A stretch of 64,000 bases of DNA from an uncultured Haloferula sp. GTDB taxonomy: Bacteria; Verrucomicrobiota; Verrucomicrobiia; Verrucomicrobiales; Akkermansiaceae. The notes below the pieces were generated by a model, which worked only from the letters and a program-made list of their open reading frames with translations, did not search any database and was not told the origin of the DNA. The translations under genes and the position numbers were made by a program. This document shows positions 37,427 through 46,964 of this stretch, piece by piece. How positions within the stretch are numbered: the first letter of the stretch is position 1; the number at the start of each line of letters is the position of its first letter. The DNA is taken from assembly GCA_965652295.1 (NCBI GenBank), contig CBFGTS010000002.1, positions 160,001 through 224,000 on the forward strand, given 5' to 3'.

Positions 37427-37516
37427 GGCGCAGGAACGATGCCCCCGCGCCATGCTGACCGACCACGCCCGGAGCGCGATCTACCGCGCATATCCTGCGC
37501 GGTGATGAGCGAAAAA

Positions 37517-38176
37517 TCAGAAGTTCTTCACGTCGTCCGAAGTCGAGAAGATCTCGCCCTTTTCACCGTCCTTGCCATAGGACCAGATGACGTAGGATTG
37601 GTAACGGGGCTTCACGTCCTCCCATTCGGCGAAACCGTCCGTGTTGAGGATCTTGTCATTCACCCCGCCGGTATCTTCCTCCTCAAAGGGCGGCGTATTC
37701 ACGGCGATCATCAGCTCGCGGCCCCAGATGTCGTAGATCTTGCCGTCCACCCGATAGATGCCCGCCTTCGGGTTCTCCTCGTAGGCGGCCTGGATATAGG
37801 AGTTGTCTTTGTAGTTCAGCTCACGCCCGGCGATGAAATCGCTGCTCGGGTCCTCGGGTTCGGCGTCCTCATCGTGCCCCAACAGTGCGCCGAAGAGCAT
37901 TTCCGTCCCGTTATCGCCATCCGGGACGCCGTAAAGGACATCGCGCCCGGAGTTCTTATTCCGTTCGGGAATCGGCGGCGTGCGGTAGTCCACCTCGAAC
38001 ATCTCGATGCTGACGGCGAGGTCCCTCATCTGTTGGAGCGCCGTGGCTTTCTGCGCCTTGGAAATGCCGCGCTTGGCGATGACGAAAGAGAGTGACGCGA
38101 GAGCGGCAATGATCACGATCACGACGAGAAGCTCCACCAGGGTGAAGCCGCGATGGCGGGACGAGGAGTTTTTCAT
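37517..38176 (-). CDS. prepilin-type N-terminal cleavage/methylation domain protein (T2SS/T4P pseudopilin-like)
   Basis: RG-FTLVELLVVIVIIAALASL; D.WG and C-terminal IWSYGKDG...SDDVKNF (GspG-like tail). Confidence 0.88.
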   Translation of the reverse strand: MKNSSSRHRGFTLVELLVVIVIIAALASLSFVIAKRGISKAQKATALQQMRDLAVSIEMFEVDYRTPPIPERNKNSGRDVLYGVPDGDNGTEMLFGALLGHDEDAEPEDPSSDFIAGRELNYKDNSYIQAAYEENPKAGIYRVDGKIYDIWGRELMIAVNTPPFEEEDTGGVNDKILNTDGFAEWEDVKPRYQSYVIWSYGKDGEKGEIFSTSDDVKNF

Positions 38177-38402
38177 GGGGTCTTTGGGCCTATTCACAGG
38201 AGCCGGAGCCGAAGCTACACGCCGCCGCGATGGCGTCCAGCCCCCATTATTCCTTGTCACGCGGCGCATGTTTTCCCCCAAGATCCCGGCGCTTCAGCAC
38301 GTTTCGGAACTGCGAGCGATGCCGCGTTTTTCGGCTGGCCACGCACCACCCCCGATCTACCTTTCCCCGCACACGCCATCTCACCGCCACGCCTTCCCAC
38401 CC

Positions 38403-39890
38403 ATGAGCCTGCATGCCCAACTGAGCCCCGAAGCTGAGGCCAGACTTCACGCCCAGAAGCGGAATTCGACGATTTCCTCGATCTTCATCTCGCTGCTCGT
38501 GGTCGTCCTCCTCGGATTGATTCTCGCCTTCATTTTCCTCCCGCCGCTCCTCAAGGAGGTGCCGGTGATCGTCAGCTATCAGACGAACTCGAACGCCGAA
38601 GAGAAGCTCGAGACCAAGAAGCTCACCAACAGCGTCGAGCGTAGACCCTCGGCCCCGTCCTCCGCCATGTCGAAGGTGATCGCCGCCAACACCGCCTCTC
38701 CGACAGCCGTGCCGGTGCCGGAGATCGACATTCCGGAGCCATCCCTTGATTTCGGAAACGGCGATGACTTCGGCGACGGCTGGGGCTCGGGAGGCGATGG
38801 AGGCGGCGGCGGATTCGGCGCCATCCCGGCGACGATGCAGAAACGCTGCTCACCCCAGGACCGCATGAAGCGGCTCCAGGAAAGCGGCGGCACCCCGGCC
38901 TGCGAAGATGCGGTCGTCAAAGGTCTCGACTGGCTCAAGAACACCCAGAAGCCCGATGGATCCTGGGGCGGAAAGTTCCGCTCGTCGGATACCGGCTTCG
39001 CCATCCTCGCCTTTCTCGGTCACTGCGAGACTCCCCTTTCCGAAAAATACGGCGAGACCGTCCTCAAGGGAATCACCTGGCTGGTGGACCTCGGGATGAA
39101 GCAGAACGGCAGACTCAACATCAGTGGTGAGGTCAATCCCCACCCCTACGAGCATGCCATCGCAACCTACGCGCTCGGCGAGTCGGCGACCTTCTGCAGC
39201 CAGCTCGGCATCAACGTCCCGAACCTCATGGATGTGACCCAGAAAGCCGGGCAATACATCATCGACCACCAACACGACTCCGGCGGCTGGGACTACGGCT
39301 ACAAGGTGGATGGCGACCGCGGCGGTGATCTTTCCGTTTCGGCCTGGCAGGTTCAGGCCCTCAAAGCCTGCAAACACACCGGCATGGATTTCAAGAACCT
39401 GGATCGCTCCGTCCGCAAAGCGCTCGATTACATCGCCGACTGCAAGATCGGTTCCGGTGGTTTCGGATACCGGCCGACTGAGCAGCACTTGACGAGGTCG
39501 GGTTACGCGACTCTCACCGGAGCCGGCATGCTGGCTTTCCAGATGTGGGGGAAATCCGCCGTTTCGGAGGTGCGCAATGGCGCGAAGTACATCCGCGAGA
39601 ACTCGAAGTTCGACTACGATTCAGCCCACGCCGACCTCTACGCCCACTACTATGAAAGCCAGGCGATGATCGCCCGCGGTGGCGAGGACTGGAAACATTA
39701 CAACAAACTGTTCCGCGACGAGGTGCTGAACGGTCAGGAAGGCGATGGTTCGTGGAAGGAGCCCGGCGGCGGCAAGAATGAAGCCCACGCTTCAGAACAC
39801 TACCGCGACCGCCACTACCGCACCTGCCTCTGCATCCTGATGCTCGAGTCCTATTACCGGTTCCTGCCCGCCACCGGCGAAGGCCACTGA
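38403..39890 (+). CDS. membrane-anchored prenyltransferase/squalene-cyclase-repeat (QW-motif) protein
   Basis: TM, Gly-rich linker; GL.WL...Q..DGSW, Y.HAIATYAL.E, Q...GGW.Y, D.SV..WQ..AL, Q..DGSW, L.LE.YYR.LP. Confidence 0.82.
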   Translation: MSLHAQLSPEAEARLHAQKRNSTISSIFISLLVVVLLGLILAFIFLPPLLKEVPVIVSYQTNSNAEEKLETKKLTNSVERRPSAPSSAMSKVIAANTASPTAVPVPEIDIPEPSLDFGNGDDFGDGWGSGGDGGGGGFGAIPATMQKRCSPQDRMKRLQESGGTPACEDAVVKGLDWLKNTQKPDGSWGGKFRSSDTGFAILAFLGHCETPLSEKYGETVLKGITWLVDLGMKQNGRLNISGEVNPHPYEHAIATYALGESATFCSQLGINVPNLMDVTQKAGQYIIDHQHDSGGWDYGYKVDGDRGGDLSVSAWQVQALKACKHTGMDFKNLDRSVRKALDYIADCKIGSGGFGYRPTEQHLTRSGYATLTGAGMLAFQMWGKSAVSEVRNGAKYIRENSKFDYDSAHADLYAHYYESQAMIARGGEDWKHYNKLFRDEVLNGQEGDGSWKEPGGGKNEAHASEHYRDRHYRTCLCILMLESYYRFLPATGEGH

Positions 39891-39912
39891 TCGCCGCGTT
39901 CACCTGCTTTTT

Positions 39913-39946
39913 TGAAGCCGGTCCGTCGATGACGGAACCGGCTTCA
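39913..39946. terminator. stem-loop, probable terminator
   Basis: TGAAGCCGGT-CCGTC-GAT-GACGG-A-ACCGGCTTCA just after the stop at 39890. Confidence 0.55.
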
Positions 39947-40051
39947 TCGTTTCCGCGCACGAAATGATTCATACCGGGCAGGAGGGCATTTCATCCACCT
40001 CCGGGATTTCCCCTAGCCATATCGGAATTTTCCACCTACCTCGGCGCCGAC

Positions 40052-41011
40052 ATGAGCGACAGCCAACTCGACCAACTCAAGAAGTTCACGACCGTCGTCG
40101 CCGACACCGGCGACTTCGCCTCCATGAAGGCCTACCAGCCGCAGGACGCCACCACCAACCCGTCCCTCATCCTGCAGGCCGCCGAAAAGTCCGACTACCG
40201 CCACCTCGTCGAGCAGGCCGTTTCCGAGGTGAAGGACTCGGGGCTGTCCGGTGACGCGCTTGTCGAGGCCATCATCGACCGCATTCTCATCCTCTTCGGT
40301 CTGGAGATTCTCAAAATCGTCCCCGGCCGTGTTTCGACCGAAACCGACGCCCGCCTTTCCTTCGACACCGAGGGCACCATCGCCAAGGCCCGCCAGCTCA
40401 TCGAAGGCTACGAAAAGGAAGGAATCTCCCGCGACCGCGTGCTGATCAAGATCGCCTCCACCTGGGAAGGCATCAAGGCGGCCGAGGTGCTCGAAAAGGA
40501 GGGCATCCACTGCAACCTCACCCTGCTCTTCTCCTTCTGCCAGGCCGTCGCCTGCGCCGAAGCCGGTGTTCAGCTCATCTCGCCCTTCGTCGGCCGCATC
40601 CTCGACTGGTACAAGGCCTCCACCGGCAAAGATTACCAAGGCGCGGAAGATCCCGGTGTCCAGTCGGTCCGTGAGATCTACACCTACTACAAGAAGTTCG
40701 GCTACAACACCGAAGTCATGGGTGCCTCCTTCCGCAACACCGGCGAAATCATCTGCCTGGCCGGTTGCGACCTGCTCACCATCAGCCCCAAGCTCCTTCA
40801 GGAGCTGGCCGATTCCAGCGAGCCGGTCGAACGCGTGCTCTCGCCGGAAGCCGCGGCGGATGCCGATCTCGACAAGGTCAGCTTCGATGAGAAATCGTTC
40901 CGCCTCGCGCTCAACGAAGACGCCATGGCCACCGAGAAGCTCGCCCAGGGCATCCGCGCTTTCGCCGCGGACATCGTCAAGCTCGAGGACCTCGTGAAAT
41001 CGATGCTTTGA
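40052..41011 (+). CDS. tal: transaldolase
   Basis: [41 protein letters not shown] (Schiff-base Lys), [26 protein letters not shown]. Confidence 0.98.
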   Translation: MSDSQLDQLKKFTTVVADTGDFASMKAYQPQDATTNPSLILQAAEKSDYRHLVEQAVSEVKDSGLSGDALVEAIIDRILILFGLEILKIVPGRVSTETDARLSFDTEGTIAKARQLIEGYEKEGISRDRVLIKIASTWEGIKAAEVLEKEGIHCNLTLLFSFCQAVACAEAGVQLISPFVGRILDWYKASTGKDYQGAEDPGVQSVREIYTYYKKFGYNTEVMGASFRNTGEIICLAGCDLLTISPKLLQELADSSEPVERVLSPEAAADADLDKVSFDEKSFRLALNEDAMATEKLAQGIRAFAADIVKLEDLVKSML

Positions 41012-41036
41012 TTCCCGGTCCGACCGGATTTTCGCG

Positions 41037-41066
41037 AAAGCCGTCGCCTCACCGCGACGGCTTTTT
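41037..41066 (+). terminator. Rho-independent terminator of tal
   Basis: AAAGCCGTCGC-CTCACC-GCGACGGCTTTTT. Confidence 0.85.
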
Positions 41067-41103
41067 GCATTCCAATCCAGCCTCATCCCGGCACAGTCCC
41101 GCC

Positions 41104-41589
41104 ATGCGATTCCTCCTGCTGGTCCTGCCCCTGCTCCTGGCCATGGTGCTGCCGTCCACCGCCGGCGGCCGGCGCGGTCAAGAAACCTCGATCGTTTTCC
41201 ACCTGGAAACAAATCCCGGCGAGAACCCGAAGATGATCTTCACCCAATTCGTCGCCGGAGAGGAACGGACATTCTGGCGCGTGCCGGAAATCGGCACCAA
41301 GGACATCGCCGCCTTCAACCCTTTCCCATCCCAGGATGGCGCCGGCTACGGGGTGCTGCTGAAGCTCAAAGCCGGCTCGAAGAACCGCTTCTCCGCCATC
41401 ACCGCCGCCAACCAGAACCGCTGGCTGGTCGCCCGGGTCAACGGCCGCGTGGTGGATGGGGTGCTCATCGACCGCCAGATCGACGACGGCGAGCTCGTCA
41501 TCTGGAAAGGCCTTTCCACCACCGAAATCAAGCTGCTCGACAAGGAATTCCCGCGCCTCGGCACAAAGAAGCCCCGCGGCTCCGAATGA
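41104..41589 (+). CDS. exported hypothetical protein, weakly SecD/SecF P1-head-like
   Basis: Signal peptide; DI..F....YGV...L...G..RF..IT..N..R.L...VNG.VV...I...I..G.L.I pattern. Confidence 0.6.
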   Translation: MRFLLLVLPLLLAMVLPSTAGGRRGQETSIVFHLETNPGENPKMIFTQFVAGEERTFWRVPEIGTKDIAAFNPFPSQDGAGYGVLLKLKAGSKNRFSAITAANQNRWLVARVNGRVVDGVLIDRQIDDGELVIWKGLSTTEIKLLDKEFPRLGTKKPRGSE

Positions 41590-42626
41590 TCCCCATGTTC
41601 CGACGATTCACACTCTTCCTGCACGCGCTGGCATCGTTCGCCGCCGCGCAAACGCACTACGACCTGCCGACGGCCAACGATCACCTTTTCCGTAACCAGC
41701 CGGACAAGTTCTACATGTGGGTCGACCGCACCTTCGAGGGTGAGGTCACCCGGCCGTGGGAAGGCGGTGCCTGGGGCATGGTCCGCAGCCCGGTGCGTGT
41801 CGAAGGCCAGGTGCAGATGCTCCGCTTTCACGAGGGCATCGACATCGCCCCGGTGAAGCGCGACAAGGCCGGCAACCCGCTCGATCTGGTGATGGCCATC
41901 GCCGAAGGCACCGTGGTTCACGTCAGCGACGTCCCCGGCCATTCCAACTACGGTCGCTACATCGTCGTCGGCCACCCGCTCACCCCCCGGGGCCACGCCG
42001 TTTACAGCCTCTACGCCCACCTCGCCAAGGCCACCGTCAAGCCGGGCGACCCGGTCGCAAAGGGCGGCGTGCTCGGCCAGATGGGCTACACCGGGGCGGG
42101 CATCAATCGCACCCGCGCCCACGTCCACCTCGAACTCGGGCTGATGATGAGCGACCAGTTCGAAGGCTGGTTCCGCCGCTACTGCGGAGGCAATAATTTC
42201 CATGGAAACTACAACGGCATGAACCTCATCGGTCTCGACGTCGCCAGGTTCCTCACCGCCCACCGCGCCGATCCCTCGCTGACGGTGCCCGCGTTCGTCC
42301 GCAGCGAGCCCGCCTATTTCAAGGTCACCGTGCCGCGCAAGGGCACCCTGGATTTCGCCGAGCGCCATCCATGGCTGGCCTACGGAAACCTGGCCGACGA
42401 AAGCCCCTCGTGGGAAATCTCCTTCACCGCCACCGGTCTGCCCACCGGCATCGCCACCAGCCAGCGCAAGGTATCCAAACCGGTGGTCACCGCCGTGAAG
42501 AACTCCGAGACGCCCCACCGCTACCCGACCCGCGGATTGCTCACCGGAAAAGGTAGTTCCGCCCAGCTTACCAGCAGCGGCAGTAAATTCGTCGCACTCG
42601 TCACCGGCGATTTCCCCGCACCCTGA
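41586..42626 (+). CDS. M23 family metallopeptidase
   Basis: FHEGIDI, V.AIAEG.V, NYG.YI...H, SLYAHL, G.MG.TG, HVHLE. Confidence 0.92.
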   Translation: MIPMFRRFTLFLHALASFAAAQTHYDLPTANDHLFRNQPDKFYMWVDRTFEGEVTRPWEGGAWGMVRSPVRVEGQVQMLRFHEGIDIAPVKRDKAGNPLDLVMAIAEGTVVHVSDVPGHSNYGRYIVVGHPLTPRGHAVYSLYAHLAKATVKPGDPVAKGGVLGQMGYTGAGINRTRAHVHLELGLMMSDQFEGWFRRYCGGNNFHGNYNGMNLIGLDVARFLTAHRADPSLTVPAFVRSEPAYFKVTVPRKGTLDFAERHPWLAYGNLADESPSWEISFTATGLPTGIATSQRKVSKPVVTAVKNSETPHRYPTRGLLTGKGSSAQLTSSGSKFVALVTGDFPAP

Positions 42627-42635
42627 TTTCATCCC

Positions 42636-43094
42636 ATGGACCAGACCCTCGCCCGACTCGAATCCCTCGGCTACCAACTCCCCGACGTCCCCGCCCCCGT
42701 CGCCGCCTACGTCAACTGCGTGCGCACCGGAAACCTGCTCTTCCTCTCCGGCGGCCTGCCGATCGAAGGGGAACGCAAAATCATCGGCAAAGTGCCTACC
42801 GATGTCTCCCCGGAGGAAGCTGCCGAAGGCGCACGCATGATCATGCTCAACCGCCTCGCCGTGATCCGCGGGGAAATAGGCTCGCTCGACAAGGTCACCC
42901 GCATCGTCGCCCTGAATGGCTTCGTGAATTCCGAACCGGACTTCTACGGCCATCCGCAGGTGGTCAATGGAGCCTCCGAGTTCCTGCTCGAAGTCTTCGG
43001 CGAGCGCGGCAAGCACAGCCGCACCGCCCTCGGCGCCGCCGCCCTGCCGCTCAATGTCGCCGTCGAGATCAACATGATCGTCGAGGTCGAGTGA
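42636..43094 (+). CDS. RidA/YjgF family protein
   Basis: LP..P.PVAAYV, GNLLFLSG, P.V.NGASE...VFGE.G.H.RTA.G...LP....VEI. Confidence 0.92.
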   Translation: MDQTLARLESLGYQLPDVPAPVAAYVNCVRTGNLLFLSGGLPIEGERKIIGKVPTDVSPEEAAEGARMIMLNRLAVIRGEIGSLDKVTRIVALNGFVNSEPDFYGHPQVVNGASEFLLEVFGERGKHSRTALGAAALPLNVAVEINMIVEVE

Positions 43095-43876
43095 CTTTGT
43101 TCGACGCCCACAACCACCTCCAGCAGTTCGACCGGCCCGGCGAAGTCATCGCCGCGATGAAACAGGCCGGCATCGCTGGCTGCGTGGTCAACGGCACCTC
43201 GGAGGACGATTGGCATCAGGTCGCCGATCTCGCCCGCGCGCATCCGGATTTCGTGTTTCCCGCCTTCGGGCTGCACCCGTGGTACGCCGCACGCCGTAGC
43301 CGGCGATGGCTCGATACGCTGCGGGACCTTCTCGACCAGCATCCGCACGCTTCGATCGGCGAATGCGGCGTCGATGGATGGATCGACGACGTGCCGATGG
43401 ACGAGCAAATGCAGGTGTTCCTGCCTCAACTCGCCCTTGCCCGTGAACGCGACCTCCCCATCACCATCCACGCCCTCAAAGCCTGGGAGGAGCTCCATCA
43501 TGCCCTGAAATCCGAACCGCCACCGACTCGTGGTTTTCTCCTCCACTCCTTCGGAGGTTCAGCCCAGCAGGCCCGACAGTTCGCGGAAGCGGGTGCGTTC
43601 TTCTCCTTCTCCGGCTACTTCCTCCAACCGAAGAAATCGAAAACGCTGGGGGCCTATCGCGAGGTTCCCGCCGATCGCCTTCTACTGGAAACCGACGCAC
43701 CCTCCATGGCTCCCCCGCCCGAATTCCGCCTCCATCCCCTCCCGGACGACCGCAACCATCCCGCGAATCTCCCCGAAATCGCCCGCGGCCTCGCCGACGC
43801 CCTTGATCATCCCCGCGACGCCCTCGCCACCCGTTGCTCCGGGAACGCCAGAGGCTTCTTCCAGTTGAAAGGCTGA
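43091..43876 (+). CDS. TatD family metal-dependent hydrolase
   Basis: FDAHNHL, GLHPW, IGECG.D, P..IH, HSF.G, LLETDAP, N.P.NL. Confidence 0.93.
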   Translation: MTLFDAHNHLQQFDRPGEVIAAMKQAGIAGCVVNGTSEDDWHQVADLARAHPDFVFPAFGLHPWYAARRSRRWLDTLRDLLDQHPHASIGECGVDGWIDDVPMDEQMQVFLPQLALARERDLPITIHALKAWEELHHALKSEPPPTRGFLLHSFGGSAQQARQFAEAGAFFSFSGYFLQPKKSKTLGAYREVPADRLLLETDAPSMAPPPEFRLHPLPDDRNHPANLPEIARGLADALDHPRDALATRCSGNARGFFQLKG

Positions 43877-44027
43877 CCCGCTTCCTGCTCGAAGCGCTCG
43901 ACAGGAAGGGAGGCCGCCATTTCCGTCCCGCCTTTCCGATTGACCACGCTCAAAGCCGGTGATGATTGAGGCCTGCGGCACCACGCCGTCCAACTCCCAT
44001 CATCGTCAGCCCACGCCACCCGCGAAC

Positions 44028-45227
44028 ATGCGCATCGCCATCCTTTCCCGCGCCTCCCAATGCTACTCCACCCAGCGCTTCCACGAAGCCGCGCTGTCGC
44101 GGGGACACGAGGTCGAAGTGCTCGATCCCAGCCGGCTCGTCATCGACCTCAACCACGGTGAACCCGATCTGATTTACCGGGGAGAGCCGGTCGCGATTCC
44201 CGACGCCATCCTGCCGCGAATCGGCTCGTCCATCACCCGCTACGGCACCTCCGTCGTCCGCCAGTTCGAGCAGATGGATGTTTTCACTCCCAACACCGCC
44301 GCCGGCATCGGCAACTCCCGCGACAAACTTCGCAGCCTTCAGATTCTTTCCCGTCACGACGTCGGCATCCCCACCACCGCCTACGTCTATGACAAGCGCG
44401 ACGTGCAGGACGCCCTCGAACGCGTCGGCGGCGCGCCGGTCATCATCAAGCTCATCGAAGGCACCCAGGGCGTGGGCGTCATTTTGGCCGACAAGATTGA
44501 GATCGCGAAGGCCATCATCGAAACACTCCACTCGACCCAGCAGAACGTGCTGCTCCAGAAATTCGTGGCGGAGAGCAAGGGCAAGGACGTCCGTGCTTTC
44601 GTCATCGGAGACCGCGTCGTGGCCGCCATCCGCCGCACCGCACAGGGGCAGGAATTCCGCAGCAACGTCCACCGCGGCGGCGTGGCGGAAAGCATCAAGC
44701 TGGAGCCCGCCTATGAAGAGGCCGCCGTGCGCGCCGCCCAGATTCTCGGCCTGCACGTCTGCGGCGTCGATATGCTGGAAAGCGCCAGCGGTCCCCAGAT
44801 CATGGAAGTCAATTCGTCGCCCGGGCTCGAAGGCATTGAGGGTGCCACCGGCCTCGACATCGCCGGCGCGGTCATCGAATACATCGGCGATCAGGTGAAA
44901 TTCCCCGAAATCGACATCCGGCAGCGTCTCACCGTCAGCCGCGGCTACGGCGTCGCCGACATCCACATCCCGGAGGGCAGCCAGTTCGTCGGCAAGACGA
45001 TCGACGAGACCGGCCTGCGTGATCAGGACGTGGTGGTGCTGACCCTGCGCCGCGGCGGAACGGTGATTTCCAACCCCAAGGGCAAGCGGGTGCTGCAAGC
45101 GGACGACACCTTGCTCTGCTATGGCAAATCCGGCCACATGAAGGATCTCATCGGCGAGCGGCCGAAGCGCCAGCGGCGGATCAAGCCGCTGCCCAGCACC
45201 CCGGTGACCGAGGGGACCACGACGTAA
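44028..45227 (+). CDS. rimK: RimK-family alpha-L-glutamate ligase with C-terminal TrkA-C (RCK_C) domain
   Basis: MRIAILSR...YST.R, PRIG.SIT.YG..V.RQFE, RDKLRSLQ, KL.EGTQG.GV, FRSN.HRGG, EVNSSPGLEGIE; tail IPEGS.FVGKTI....LR.....VL...R....I.NP....L...D.LL.YG. Confidence 0.93.
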   Translation: MRIAILSRASQCYSTQRFHEAALSRGHEVEVLDPSRLVIDLNHGEPDLIYRGEPVAIPDAILPRIGSSITRYGTSVVRQFEQMDVFTPNTAAGIGNSRDKLRSLQILSRHDVGIPTTAYVYDKRDVQDALERVGGAPVIIKLIEGTQGVGVILADKIEIAKAIIETLHSTQQNVLLQKFVAESKGKDVRAFVIGDRVVAAIRRTAQGQEFRSNVHRGGVAESIKLEPAYEEAAVRAAQILGLHVCGVDMLESASGPQIMEVNSSPGLEGIEGATGLDIAGAVIEYIGDQVKFPEIDIRQRLTVSRGYGVADIHIPEGSQFVGKTIDETGLRDQDVVVLTLRRGGTVISNPKGKRVLQADDTLLCYGKSGHMKDLIGERPKRQRRIKPLPSTPVTEGTTT

Positions 45228-45231
45228 GATC

Positions 45232-45714
45232 ATGAAAACCCCGAAAGTCATCGGCTGGCGCGAGTGGGTGGAGTTGCCGGATTGGGGCCTGCTTCTGCGG
45301 GCGAAGGCCGACACCGGTGCCCGCTCAAGCGCGATCGACTGCGCGGAGATCACGCGTCTGCCCGGCGACCGCGTGCGTTTCACCCTGCGGCTCGATCGCA
45401 AGGGCCGACGCGTGGTCACTCTCGAGGAGCCCATCGCCGGGACAAAGGTGGTACGCAGCAGCACGGGCGAAGGTGTGGAGAGGTACTTCGTCGAGACCAC
45501 TCTCAGCCTCGCCGGTCGGCAGAAGCGAATCCTGGTGAGCCTCGTCTGCCGCAAGCGCATGATCCACCGCATGCTGCTCGGCCGCACCTCATTGGGGCCC
45601 GAGTTTCTCGTCGATAGTTCCGTCGATCACTGGGCCACCCCGAAACGCAAGGCTGCCCGGCCCTCGAAAAGGCCCGCCAAGCCTTCCGAGCCTGCAGAAA
45701 AGGGGCACGGATGA
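45232..45714 (+). CDS. RimK-associated retropepsin-like protease (RimB/ATP-dependent Zn protease family)
   Basis: IGWREWV.LP, AK.DTGA.SSA, VRSS.G..E.R, R..M...MLLGR. Confidence 0.88.
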   Translation: MKTPKVIGWREWVELPDWGLLLRAKADTGARSSAIDCAEITRLPGDRVRFTLRLDRKGRRVVTLEEPIAGTKVVRSSTGEGVERYFVETTLSLAGRQKRILVSLVCRKRMIHRMLLGRTSLGPEFLVDSSVDHWATPKRKAARPSKRPAKPSEPAEKGHG

Positions 45715-45799
45715 CGGCTTTGTTTTTGAACCACGGATTTACGGGAATTGGGGATTCTCAGATTCCAGAGCGGAAGCTTCAAATAACCTCCTCCGCACC

Positions 45800-46873
45800 T
45801 CACTCGTTCAGCACCGCATCCGCCGTGACTTCCGCGAAGGTCCCCACCGCACCGATATAGTGGATCTTGCGATCCGGCCCGAGCACGTAAGCGAGCGGCC
45901 AGTTGCCGACCCGGTAAACCTTGCCGAGATCGTTGGCGGGATCGGAGAAATTCGGCCAATCCACCTGCCCTTCGGCCTGCATTTCGCGGAGCCGTGAGCG
46001 CGGGTCGCTGTTCACACCGACGACCTCGAACGGCTTGTCCTTGAAACGCTCGTCGCGCCGCAGTGCGGACACCCATTTCAAAAGCGCGCCCTCGCCCCCC
46101 ATCTTCGAGTTCCAGAAAACCAGCATCACCACCTTTCCCTCGTAGTCGGAAAGCTTCATCGGGCGCTCGCCGGAATCCATTCCCACGAGGTCCGGAGCCT
46201 TGGTGCCCTTGCTGAGGTTCATGATGATATACAGCTCCTCATCCGCCAGTTCGGCCACCGTGGTTTTGTCGAGCTCAACGTCCGCCGCGTCGATGATCGC
46301 CCGACGTAGCATCGTCAGCCGCTCGCGCATCACGTGGCCCTCGTCGCCCAGCGCCTTGGCCACCATGGCCACGCCGAGCGCGGCCACGCCGGCGACTTTC
46401 TTGTCCGGGTTCTCCTGCTGGATCCGGCGCAGCAGGTTCAGCGCCTGTTGGTCACCCGCCGCCACCAGCGCCATGCACATCGGCGCGAGTTTCGGGCTCT
46501 TCACATGATGCTCTGCCACCGCTTTCTCCACCGCGGCGATTTCCTTGGTGAAACGCGGCTTCGCCGTCCCCACCTCGTCGACCTCGATCAAAGGTGCCGC
46601 CAGACGCACGAACCAGGCGGCGGGCTCGATCGCCCACTCCTGCGCCAGGTCCCCCTGGATCACCGACCACATCCGGCCCGCGGCTTCCGCTGGAGACGGC
46701 CGCTCCAGCGCCTGACGTTCGGCGTCGGTCTTCGCGAGCTGGAGCTTCAAACCCCACGCCTCCATCGATTTTTCGTAGGCGGTGCGTACGCTGGCAGCCT
46801 GCTGGGGCGTCCCGGCGATGGCCGGACCGAGGGAATTCAGGAGAACAAAGGCAAGGATCGAGCGCATCCGCAT
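45800..46873 (-). CDS. exported helical + TlpA/redoxin thioredoxin-fold protein lacking CxxC
   Basis: Signal peptide; G..APDL.G.D......KLSDY.GKVV.LVFW(NSKMGGE), F.VVGVNSD, W.NF.D, Y.V..WP..YVL. Confidence 0.8.
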   Translation of the reverse strand: MRMRSILAFVLLNSLGPAIAGTPQQAASVRTAYEKSMEAWGLKLQLAKTDAERQALERPSPAEAAGRMWSVIQGDLAQEWAIEPAAWFVRLAAPLIEVDEVGTAKPRFTKEIAAVEKAVAEHHVKSPKLAPMCMALVAAGDQQALNLLRRIQQENPDKKVAGVAALGVAMVAKALGDEGHVMRERLTMLRRAIIDAADVELDKTTVAELADEELYIIMNLSKGTKAPDLVGMDSGERPMKLSDYEGKVVMLVFWNSKMGGEGALLKWVSALRRDERFKDKPFEVVGVNSDPRSRLREMQAEGQVDWPNFSDPANDLGKVYRVGNWPLAYVLGPDRKIHYIGAVGTFAEVTADAVLNE

Positions 46874-46964
46874 GGGCCCAGACCGTAGCCACCTGCCGCC
46901 GCGTGACAAGCCCCGGACCGCGGCGGCAATCGCAGGGGAGCACTAGCCCGAACTTCGAGCAACG

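Noticed and set aside
37482..37503. Hairpin ACCGCGCA-TATCC-TGCGCGGT upstream of the radical SAM pair as a riboswitch or operator
   Set aside because: It lies just after the pilin-like gene stop and is most simply a terminator-like stem; no aptamer or FNR consensus was recognised.
45729..45763. AACCACGGATTTACGGGAATTGGGATT, resembling short AACCACGGAT-type intergenic repeat elements
   Set aside because: Single, highly degenerate copy in the window; it cannot be supported without a genome-wide count.
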